Under the pieces are notes generated by a model, which saw only the letters and a list, made by a program, of their open reading frames with translations, did not search any database and was not told the origin of the DNA. The position numbers were made by a program, and so were the translations under genes. This document shows, piece after piece, positions 17,697 through 25,405 of a stretch of 25,405 nt of DNA. Within the stretch, counting starts at the first letter, position 1; each line of letters starts with the position of its first letter. Source of the stretch: a virus. Its lineage: Duplodnaviria > Caudoviricetes. Location: IMG/VR virus record IMGVR_UViG_3300020403_000080, positions 1 through 25,405 of that record; one strand, written 5' to 3'.

Positions 17697-20600
17697 ATGA
17701 GTATGATGATGAAATTAATAAATGCGGCTGCTGGTCAAGTTCAAGGTGACTTAATATATTTTATAACTGGGTCAGGCTCTAGTTCACAATTAGCAAGATT
17801 AAGTTCTGTAAATGTGGATAGTGGTGAAGTAAGACATGGTGCTAATTTTGCAGGCACTGGTGTTTATTCTAATGCTGGAACAGATTTTTCAACTGGAAAT
17901 CCTATTGGAGCTCCAAATTATTTTGGAACTTGGGGATATAGTGCTACTACTATGGCTGTGGGAGATGATGGTTATATTTATTGTATAGGTCAAACACAAT
18001 TAAGTAATACTTATAGTAATACAGGCCCATATACTGATTTTTTTATGAGGTTTAATCCTAGCACTTTAGATCCAGATCCTGGCTTCTTTTATAATATGCT
18101 TAATCAAGTATCTGGTGGTCAATCTTCTGGTGCTTCTATGTCTACCGATTTTTGTTTTCATCCACCATCTGGTTCTGTAGTTGTTGCTGGTGGAACTACA
18201 AACTATGCAAATGGAGCAATAGTAGCAAGTCAAGTGGTTAAAATTGATCCATGGCCTTCTACTCCAGTTGATGCACAAGCTAGTGGATATTATCATAGTT
18301 CTACAAATCCTAATGGTCGTATATATGGGTCAATATCTACAGGTGATGCTGTTGATGTTGCTGTGAAGAACACTGGCCCATCAGGTGTTTCAAGTACAGT
18401 TATTACATACAGAGCAAGAGTAGAAACAAATGGATCAGACGTGATTGCACTGGGCACTTGGAGTCCACCTAATACAGCAGGAACAGATAGTGCATTATAT
18501 TTCAAAAGAGCTATAAATTTTAGACCAACTGGTTCAAGTACAACTACAACAAACGCTCAACGCCCATCACCAGATCCATTTACTGCAATGACAGGTGAAG
18601 AGTTTCCAAGAGATGGATTGGGAGCAAATGTTTCGTGGAAAAAAGATTCAACTGGATCTTCTCAAGATGGTATTGTTAATTTATTTTACAGGCCTGGTAA
18701 TCCAACTAACAACACGCCTGGACAAATTTTTGTAATGACTCCACAAAATGGTGGTAGAAATTTATTTCAAGTGCCAGAGGATGGTCATAAACCAACTCGT
18801 TTTAATCATGGAGTTGGTGATACTACTATACCTAATGGTGGGGAAATGACTCTGCTAGCAGGAGAAAAATACGGAGGAATTTTAATAACTAGATACTTAG
18901 GTTATGCTGCTGGAATACAAAATGAACTTGATCGTAATGGAACTAATTTTCCAGATTTTACAAATACTCATAGTGACGCTGGAGTACAAATTATAGATTT
19001 AGACACAAGAGAAAAAAAATGGTATCAAGGCAGACATACTGGAATAGTTCCTTATGCAAACGTAGGACAACAAGGAACTCTTTCAGCAAATACAACCTGT
19101 GAATTTTTACCACTATCTAATAATCCAAATAATGAACATCTTACTCAATTTGTTCAAACAAAAAATGGAAGAGTATTTGGTATTACAGAATATGAAGATG
19201 AAACTACGATATCTCCTCATGGTGGATTTAGAATACATGAACTTTTTATTGGTGATCGAGATCCAAATGATTACTATAGAAGGTCTATTTCTTGGGGTAA
19301 TAGTGTAATTGTATCTGGAAGAATAAATGGTGGAACTGGAGTATGGCCACCTAGTGTTGGTAGTAGTAACGCTTGTACAGGTAATCTTAGTTTAAATAGT
19401 AAAACTTTTAACGATATTAATGCTCTAGGAAAAACTAGATGGTTAGATCAAGGACATTCTTATATGCAAGATGTTCCTACAGACACTATTTATCTTAGAG
19501 AAAATACAACTATATATGCAATTAATCCAAATACCAGAACTAATATAACATCAGAGGATTTTGCGAATCAAGGAGTTCATGCACATCATACTGGACATTC
19601 TTTAATAGACCCATCAGCAAATGTTAATGTTCAAGGAGTATCAGGCGGTTCAACTGTAAATCAAGAGGACTTTTTTCCGTCTATAACTTTTAGTGAGGGA
19701 GCAAACATAACGATTGATAATCCAGGCACATCTTCTGAAAGAGGATATGATCGTGTAGGAGATACTACCTTTGACATGATTTATGGTGATGATAGTAGAG
19801 TATATTTAGCACTAAAAGCAACAGTTTATAATGGTGCTCGTACTTTGAATAGTTGTCATACTTTAATTAGATTTCATACTGGAAAAGATGGAACTGAATT
19901 GGTTGCTGGAGTATCAGGGCCACATCCACACGAAATTAATGGTATGAAAACTTGGAATAACTCAAGCAATCCAACTGCATATGATAGACCACAACATAGA
20001 GAACAGTATTACTATGGTCTTTTTACTGCTCATGATAATTGCGAATACGGGCCTAATTCTTCTGTAACTAATTATGGTCAATATCACTCCAATACCTTTG
20101 CAGCTGGACATACAGGAAATTGGAGTGAGGTAAATTTAGTTTATGATAATAAGAGAGATAATGTCATTTGTGTAGGAAGAAGAGATTTTAATAGTGGAGA
20201 TTCTTATCGTGGTACTACTTCCACTGGCCCTACTGACAATGCAGCTTTTTCAAGAGTAGTAGCAATACCAGTTAATACTGGATCAACTGTAAATGGTTTA
20301 AATGATTGGGGTAGTGGTTGGCCTGGAACTTTGGATAGCATAGGCACTAATAACTATATGCCTAGATTAGCACAAGATCCAAAAGTGGGTGCATCATATG
20401 GTTCATCTGGTGAATGGACTACTCAACAAGGCAGAATTTATACTCGTCTAACTGAATGGTGTAATTCTGATACTAGTAATAATCCCTCTGGTTATGAAAG
20501 AGGTGGATTTTTAGCTGGAGAAGTAAGAAATGTTACTATAAATGGAAAACCTACTACTCTACATATGGATAGAGAACATCCTACATTACCAAATAGAGGT

Positions 20601-21554
20601 TCTCAAATGTATTTTTCTGGTATGAGTATTGATGGTGATACACAACCATATTCTGGTAATCAATATCAAGGTCATGGTGGATGGCCTTATGGAGAAAATA
20701 GAATAGGTGCAATGCCTCCTCTTTCAAATCCTAATGGTGGAGCTTCGCCTGAAGTTAACATAGGATTTGGTAATATTAATATGAATCATAATACTTCTAA
20801 TGTAGGTACTAACAATACTACTTTATATCATGCTAAAATAAGATTAAAAACTACTCAAACAGTAGCAGTAAATTCAGATAATAATGAAGAGGGTATTAGG
20901 TGTATTTGGTATTATAAAGGTGCATTTCATGGTGTAACAACATATAACGAGGGAACTTATGTTTATATGCCAGAACCAGAACATGATACTGCAAATGATA
21001 ATTATAATACTGTACCTCATTATGTAAGTCAATGTGAGTCTGGACAAAATAGTTATAATAATGTTATAGGTGGACAAAATACAAAAATAGGAACGGCAGA
21101 GGGTTGTAGAAATGCAGATTGGGCTGCGTGTCTTGCTCCAGGCGGAATACTCTGTATACCAAAACAAGATAGTGGATATAATAATGCTGGATTTCTTACA
21201 ATTAATTTAGGAACAAGACAAATAATAAACACGAATGGTAATCCACCACCATTATTAGGTGGAGAACCTTTTGTTGCACCATCTAGTTTAAATCCAAATG
21301 GTAGACAAATAAAACAAATGGTTGTAACTTCTACTGGAAAAATATGGGCTATACTGGACTATGAAAATCCAAGTGCATCAACTCTTCAGTTTAGAATTTT
21401 ACAAGTTGTTTTCAATTCAAATTATTCAAGTGTTACTTGGAGTGGCGGTCTTTACACTTCACAAGCAAGTAATGCAAATTCTGGTCATGTAAAATTTTAT
21501 AGAACTGTCTGTGGAAATATGCCTCAATCCAAAATGGAATGGGATGCAGTATAA
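17697..21554 (+). CDS. Large G/S/T/N-rich putative receptor-binding protein, probably two tandem beta-propeller-like domains
   Basis: 1285-aa ORF with SD AGGAG 7 nt upstream. Lies between a fibre gene and a fibre chaperone. Internal motif duplication described in findings. Confidence 0.65.
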   Translation: MSMMMKLINAAAGQVQGDLIYFITGSGSSSQLARLSSVNVDSGEVRHGANFAGTGVYSNAGTDFSTGNPIGAPNYFGTWGYSATTMAVGDDGYIYCIGQTQLSNTYSNTGPYTDFFMRFNPSTLDPDPGFFYNMLNQVSGGQSSGASMSTDFCFHPPSGSVVVAGGTTNYANGAIVASQVVKIDPWPSTPVDAQASGYYHSSTNPNGRIYGSISTGDAVDVAVKNTGPSGVSSTVITYRARVETNGSDVIALGTWSPPNTAGTDSALYFKRAINFRPTGSSTTTTNAQRPSPDPFTAMTGEEFPRDGLGANVSWKKDSTGSSQDGIVNLFYRPGNPTNNTPGQIFVMTPQNGGRNLFQVPEDGHKPTRFNHGVGDTTIPNGGEMTLLAGEKYGGILITRYLGYAAGIQNELDRNGTNFPDFTNTHSDAGVQIIDLDTREKKWYQGRHTGIVPYANVGQQGTLSANTTCEFLPLSNNPNNEHLTQFVQTKNGRVFGITEYEDETTISPHGGFRIHELFIGDRDPNDYYRRSISWGNSVIVSGRINGGTGVWPPSVGSSNACTGNLSLNSKTFNDINALGKTRWLDQGHSYMQDVPTDTIYLRENTTIYAINPNTRTNITSEDFANQGVHAHHTGHSLIDPSANVNVQGVSGGSTVNQEDFFPSITFSEGANITIDNPGTSSERGYDRVGDTTFDMIYGDDSRVYLALKATVYNGARTLNSCHTLIRFHTGKDGTELVAGVSGPHPHEINGMKTWNNSSNPTAYDRPQHREQYYYGLFTAHDNCEYGPNSSVTNYGQYHSNTFAAGHTGNWSEVNLVYDNKRDNVICVGRRDFNSGDSYRGTTSTGPTDNAAFSRVVAIPVNTGSTVNGLNDWGSGWPGTLDSIGTNNYMPRLAQDPKVGASYGSSGEWTTQQGRIYTRLTEWCNSDTSNNPSGYERGGFLAGEVRNVTINGKPTTLHMDREHPTLPNRGSQMYFSGMSIDGDTQPYSGNQYQGHGGWPYGENRIGAMPPLSNPNGGASPEVNIGFGNINMNHNTSNVGTNNTTLYHAKIRLKTTQTVAVNSDNNEEGIRCIWYYKGAFHGVTTYNEGTYVYMPEPEHDTANDNYNTVPHYVSQCESGQNSYNNVIGGQNTKIGTAEGCRNADWAACLAPGGILCIPKQDSGYNNAGFLTINLGTRQIINTNGNPPPLLGGEPFVAPSSLNPNGRQIKQMVVTSTGKIWAILDYENPSASTLQFRILQVVFNSNYSSVTWSGGLYTSQASNANSGHVKFYRTVCGNMPQSKMEWDAV

Positions 21555-21557
21555 ATA
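21550..21557 (+). promoter_or_regulatory. T4-type late promoter overlapping the stop codon of the 1285-aa gene
   Basis: Exact TATAAATA (contains TAA 21552-21554), upstream of SD AGGAG and the chaperone gene. Confidence 0.75.
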
Positions 21558-21577
21558 GAATAGATTAGGAGAAATTG

Positions 21578-22084
21578 ATGGTAGAATACTATAATGAAAA
21601 AACAAAGAAAACTGCAAATTGGTCTGATATTGTAAGTCAAAATCCAACTGCAAGTTTTCCAAAAGTTCCATCAGACGATATTGCAAAACATTTTGGTTGG
21701 GAAGTTTTATATAATGGAGAAGTACCAGAGGTTTCTTTTGATGGTTTAAAAGTTCTCTCTTTTGACGGAATAGAAAAAAATGATCAAAACCAATGGGTAA
21801 AAAAATGGTCACTTGTCAATAGACATAAAGCATATAAGGATGCAGATGGAAAAACTATAACAAAAAAATCTCAAGATGACGCATATATAAAAAGTCTTAC
21901 TGACAATCTTGAAGTTCCAAATAGATCAAAAAGAGATTTGTTATTAAGACAAACAGATCATTATGGACTATCAGATTTAACTATGACAGATAAAATGAAA
22001 AAATACCGACAAGCTTTAAGAGATTTACCAACACACGAAAATTGGCCTGATTTACAAGAATCAGATTGGCCTACTCTTTCATAG
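21578..22084 (+). CDS. Tail fibre assembly chaperone (Phage_tail_APC-like C-terminal domain)
   Basis: RSKRDLLLRQTDHYGLSD..MKKYRQALRDLPTHENWPDLQESDWP. ATG 21578 preferred over TTG 21575 by spacing from AGGAG at 21567. Confidence 0.8.
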   Translation: MVEYYNEKTKKTANWSDIVSQNPTASFPKVPSDDIAKHFGWEVLYNGEVPEVSFDGLKVLSFDGIEKNDQNQWVKKWSLVNRHKAYKDADGKTITKKSQDDAYIKSLTDNLEVPNRSKRDLLLRQTDHYGLSDLTMTDKMKKYRQALRDLPTHENWPDLQESDWPTLS

Positions 22085-23342
22085 GAAATTAAGATGCCTT
22101 ATTTAGGAAAACAACCAGTAAATGTAATAAAAAATAATGCAGTATCTACAGATACAATTGTAGATGATGCAGTTACTAATGCAAAGGTAGCGCCTAGTGC
22201 AATTAATACTACTGAACTTGCAGATGACGCTGTACAAACTGCAAAGATAAATGCTAATGCAGTTACTGATGCAAAACTTAATGATAATGCAGTTACTACA
22301 AACAAAATAGTTGATCTTAATGTTACACAAGGAAAACTTGCAAATGAAGCAGTAAGTGAATCAAAATTACATTCTGGTAATGCACCGACAAATAATTATG
22401 TTTTGACAGCTGACTCTGGTCAGCCTGGTGGATTAATTTGGTCACAACTTAGTAGTCTGCCTGGAAGTGGAGCATGGGAAAGTGTAGCTGGTGGTAATTT
22501 TTCTGGAGTAACTTCTATTACTCAATCATTTGATCAAAATTATTTGTATAGACTTTTATTGTTTAATTTAAGAACAGATGGTTCAACAAATCTTACTATA
22601 ACACCAGCAATTCAATTTTATTATGGTGCTGGAGCAGGAACAGTAGAACCTACAATTGTTCACTATAGAAGGTTTATTAATGGTAATTCTGGTACTTGGG
22701 TGCCTAATAATTATAATAATTTGAATCGTGGTGCTCTTGCTCACTCTATGCCAGTAAGTCAAGTTGGTAATTCTAATGACATGACTAGTACAACATATGA
22801 TGTTTATATTACACAACCCAACGCAGTTTCAAGTTCTAATCATATTTGGAAAAGAGCACGATATTGGTCTAGAGCATGGGGTTGGTATGATAGTAATTCA
22901 ACAAGCTCATATTCAAGATATGCTGAATCACAAGGTGCCGTTTTTAATAACACAGGTTCTTATAATAACATAACATCATTTAAAATTATAGATAATAATT
23001 TAACAAGTAATACATTTTCTGGAACTTATAGAGTATTAAGAATAGGAGCGACATAATGGCTACAGAAAAAATTATTGTAGATGGCGAACTTATGGAAGTT
23101 GATGAAAAAGATCCAAGACATTCAACTCAACATGGTTACACACAATCTGAAGTAGATGCACAAATATTAGAAATTCAAAAATCAGAAATGAGATCAGAAA
23201 GAAATAGACTTTTACAAGAAACTGATTGGACAGCAAATTCAGATGTTACCATGTCTGCAAAAATGAAAACGTATAGAAAAGCTCTAAGAGATTTACCGAC
23301 ACACAAAAATTGGCCTAATTTAAAAGAATCAGATTGGCCAAC
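22011..23342 (+). repeat. Dispersed 64-nt direct repeat (22011-22074 and 23279-23342)
   Basis: Manual ungapped alignment gives 58/64 identical. Both copies encode the chaperone C-terminus ALRDLPTHxNWPxLxESDWPT. Confidence 0.9.
22094..23056 (+). CDS. Short tail fibre-like protein (YLGxxP N-terminus, decapeptide shaft, C-terminal head)
   Basis: MPYLGKQP; IVDDAVTNAK / LADDAVQTAK / INANAVTDAK / LNDNAVTTNK repeats; YVLTADSGQPGGLIW linker; ends NITSFKII..FSGTYRVLRIG. Confidence 0.78.
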   Translation: MPYLGKQPVNVIKNNAVSTDTIVDDAVTNAKVAPSAINTTELADDAVQTAKINANAVTDAKLNDNAVTTNKIVDLNVTQGKLANEAVSESKLHSGNAPTNNYVLTADSGQPGGLIWSQLSSLPGSGAWESVAGGNFSGVTSITQSFDQNYLYRLLLFNLRTDGSTNLTITPAIQFYYGAGAGTVEPTIVHYRRFINGNSGTWVPNNYNNLNRGALAHSMPVSQVGNSNDMTSTTYDVYITQPNAVSSSNHIWKRARYWSRAWGWYDSNSTSSYSRYAESQGAVFNNTGSYNNITSFKIIDNNLTSNTFSGTYRVLRIGAT

Positions 23343-23355
23343 CAAACCAAGTTAA
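23056..23355 (+). CDS. Second tail fibre assembly chaperone
   Basis: MRSERNRLLQETDWTANSDV..MKTYRKALRDLPTHKNWPNLKESDWPTKPS. TAATG coupling to the upstream fibre gene. Confidence 0.82.
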   Translation: MATEKIIVDGELMEVDEKDPRHSTQHGYTQSEVDAQILEIQKSEMRSERNRLLQETDWTANSDVTMSAKMKTYRKALRDLPTHKNWPNLKESDWPTKPS

Positions 23356-23365
23356 GGAAAGTAAA

Positions 23366-23779
23366 ATGCCATTTATAGGAACAGAACCAGCTGTAATATT
23401 AGATATCATGCATGATGACGCAATAAAAGAATCATCAGTTGCACTTACCGCTGGTGGTAGTACTCCAGATACCATAAATGTTAATTTATCACTTGGAAAT
23501 GTATTTCATGTTACAGCAACACAAAATACAACTAGATTTAATTTTCAAAATATACCCTCTGGAAAAGCAATAGGATTTACTATGAGAATTACAAGAAATA
23601 ATTCTAATGCAGCTTTCACAATAGATTTTACAAATAATGGTGCATTTACTATAAAGTTTGCAGATGGTAGTGATCCTACAATTATGGCAGATGGTGAAAC
23701 TGACATTTATACTTTTTATAAAGATGAAGCAAGTGATACAATTTTCTATGGTGCTTTGGCTGTCAATGCTGTTGCATAG
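23366..23779 (+). CDS. Small adaptor-like protein (FIGxxP N-terminus plus domain related to the C-terminus of 16751)
   Basis: MPFIGTEP; NLSLGNVFHVT..FNFQNIPSGKAIGFTMRI..IKFADGSDPTI..ETDIYTFY..IFYG. Confidence 0.75.
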   Translation: MPFIGTEPAVILDIMHDDAIKESSVALTAGGSTPDTINVNLSLGNVFHVTATQNTTRFNFQNIPSGKAIGFTMRITRNNSNAAFTIDFTNNGAFTIKFADGSDPTIMADGETDIYTFYKDEASDTIFYGALAVNAVA

Positions 23780-23797
23780 TTATGATAGGACTAATAC

Positions 23798-25405
23798 ATG
23801 AGTACAATCGCAAGAAGAATGCAACAAGCACATTCTGGTGTTTTGCAAGATGGAGAGGTAAGTGATGTTTTTAATATCACCAACTATCGTGGTGGTATTG
23901 GTTCTGTAACTACTGGTGTAGATATACTATCACATGGTGGAATGGTTCAGATCACAAATGCTCTAGAAGATGGTATGTGGTATTACTATGATACTGAAAG
24001 AGGTGCAACATACGAAATAGCAAATGGTAATGATGATGTTGGTGGAATTGCCATTGGTGCTGGATATACAAGTAATACATATACAGGCACAGAAAATATA
24101 TCTACACAAGTAACAAATTCTTTAACATCATGGACTAATACTGGATTTACTCTTGGTATTAATGTTTCACCACATAGTGGAATTAATGCTTACTATGGTG
24201 TTGGTTCTACAAATAAAATCTATACAGCATATTCTTGGAGAAGAGCAAAACATTTTTTTGATGTTGTAAAATATACTGGCAATGGAGCATCAAGTAGACA
24301 AATCGCTCATGGACTAGGATCTGCGCCTGGTATGATATGGTGTAAGAGAATTAGTCATTCTGAAGAATTTTTCATTTATCATAGAGGTGCCGCTGGTGGA
24401 GTTAATCCTCATCTTTATGGTCAATATTTAACTAAAGCGTCTTGGACAGTTTCTGGTGGTTGGGCCCAAACTGCACCAACTGCTTCAAACTTTAGTGTTG
24501 GTGGTTCATTGCCATCTGGTCAAACATTGAATGATAATGGTGTAGAGTATATTGCTTATCTTTGGGGTCATGATACTGGTATAGGTGGTGATCATATTTC
24601 TAAAATTGAATGTGGTTTTCATAGTGCTGGTGGTGGTCATACTACTGCTACAAATGGAGATACGATAGGTACGCCATGGAGAGCTCAGTATATTGCTTGG
24701 AAAAATTATGGTGATGATGGTTATTGGTGTCAAACTGATAAAGTTGTTGGATTGCATACTGTATCTAATACTGGTGCTCATAATGGTGCATCAACTGATG
24801 ATCGTGTAAAACATTTTCATGCAAAAACTGGTAGAAAAGAACAATTTGGTGATGTTAAATTTTTAGAAATGTCAGGTGCGAATCAACTAAAACTATTTAA
24901 TGAATATAGTGGAAATAGAGCTCAAACCACAGGTAGTGGTGGTCAAACTATAATGCGTTTAATGGTTCGTGATGATGAAGGCACAAAACCACCAGAACAC
25001 AAATCTGCAAATGCAACTCAAGGGCACGTTTTTTCGACAGGAGCAAATTCAGCTTCTGGATTTACTACAGCTAACAGAGTAGATACTGCATTACATATTG
25101 ATCCAACATCACAAATTAATTATACTAATTTTCCTAATACTGGTGGTTACAGAGCTTTACATTTTAGTTCTCAATTTTCGTCATGGAATGGAGCTATTAT
25201 AAATTATAATTGTCAGTTTAATGCAACAAACCTATATGAATATCCATTTTCAGCTTATTATTGGAGTACTCAAGGGGCGGCAGAAGAAATTGTTGGAAGG
25301 CCAGGTTATTGGCCCACAAACTGGATGTTTGATAACTTTACTGGTCAAACTGCTGGAAGACATTTTTCACTTGGTATGTGGACAAAAAAGTTTGGTTATC
25401 ACTCT
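23798..25405 (+). CDS. 3'-truncated receptor-binding/fibre protein, paralogue of the 1397 gene (missing from the ORF track)
   Basis: SD AGGA then ATG 23798. Open for 536 codons to the window end: MSTIARRMQQAHSG..GVDILSHGGMV..YDTERG..YSWRRAKHFFDVVKYTGNG..HGLGSAPGMIWCK..IYHRG..YIAYLWGHD..IECG. Confidence 0.85.
   Translation, partial: MSTIARRMQQAHSGVLQDGEVSDVFNITNYRGGIGSVTTGVDILSHGGMVQITNALEDGMWYYYDTERGATYEIANGNDDVGGIAIGAGYTSNTYTGTENISTQVTNSLTSWTNTGFTLGINVSPHSGINAYYGVGSTNKIYTAYSWRRAKHFFDVVKYTGNGASSRQIAHGLGSAPGMIWCKRISHSEEFFIYHRGAAGGVNPHLYGQYLTKASWTVSGGWAQTAPTASNFSVGGSLPSGQTLNDNGVEYIAYLWGHDTGIGGDHISKIECGFHSAGGGHTTATNGDTIGTPWRAQYIAWKNYGDDGYWCQTDKVVGLHTVSNTGAHNGASTDDRVKHFHAKTGRKEQFGDVKFLEMSGANQLKLFNEYSGNRAQTTGSGGQTIMRLMVRDDEGTKPPEHKSANATQGHVFSTGANSASGFTTANRVDTALHIDPTSQINYTNFPNTGGYRALHFSSQFSSWNGAIINYNCQFNATNLYEYPFSAYYWSTQGAAEEIVGRPGYWPTNWMFDNFTGQTAGRHFSLGMWTKKFGYHS

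Noticed and set aside
16784-22370. Decapeptide repeats as CRISPR arrays or DNA tandem repeats
   Set aside because: They are degenerate, in-frame protein repeats of fibre shafts with no constant repeat-spacer structure.
22011-23342. Diversity-generating retroelement TR/VR pair
   Set aside because: Only 4 of 6 mismatches are at adenines of one copy, both copies are coding chaperone ends, and no reverse transcriptase is in the window.
5758-23779. Amber (TAG) recoding, since 7 genes end in TAG and 22084 is in frame with 22094
   Set aside because: Long ORFs have no internal TAG, several TAGs are quickly followed by TGA or TAA or overlap a TAGGA Shine-Dalgarno, and the paralogous chaperone ends at the equivalent position with TAA.
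2093-24781. Minus-strand and alternate-frame short ORFs in the track
   Set aside because: They overlap long plus-strand genes almost entirely and show I/C/S-rich shadow composition without recognisable motifs.
2072-25305. Codon-pair or translational preference as the cause of the Pro-Gly pattern
   Set aside because: The constraint is met either by the base before Pro or by the third base of Gly, which are reverse-complement equivalents. That points to double-stranded DNA recognition.
1-25405. tRNA, ncRNA, intrinsic terminators, introns/inteins, mobile elements
   Set aside because: Intergenic gaps are under about 35 nt. I saw no convincing hairpin-U tract, cloverleaf, endonuclease or intein motif by eye.

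Overview
AT-rich (roughly one-third GC by eye), almost fully coding, all plus-strand segment of a T4-like myovirus genome, most resembling marine cyanophage/pelagiphage-type T4-likes. It is the baseplate and tail-fibre region: baseplate wedge gp8, a 2189-aa VrlC/DUF4815-like protein, about 15 fibre, adaptor and receptor-binding-type genes built from shared modules, two tail-fibre assembly chaperones and three T4 late promoters (TATAAATA). The ORF track truncates the first gene (<3-1058) and omits the last (23798->25405). Main observations: (1) a DNA-level constraint in which all 28 Pro-Gly CCWGG sites occur only as GCCWGG or CCWGGC and all 8 Gly-Pro sites only as GGSCC, mostly through rare codons, suggesting restriction-site avoidance possibly relieved by a GC/GCC-context modification; (2) a combinatorial fibre system with recurrent terminal docking-like motifs; (3) a fibre-like protein ending in an amicyanin-like type-1 copper ligand set; (4) a 1285-aa protein with two internally homologous halves. 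All family names are from motif recognition, not database searches, and site counts are manual.
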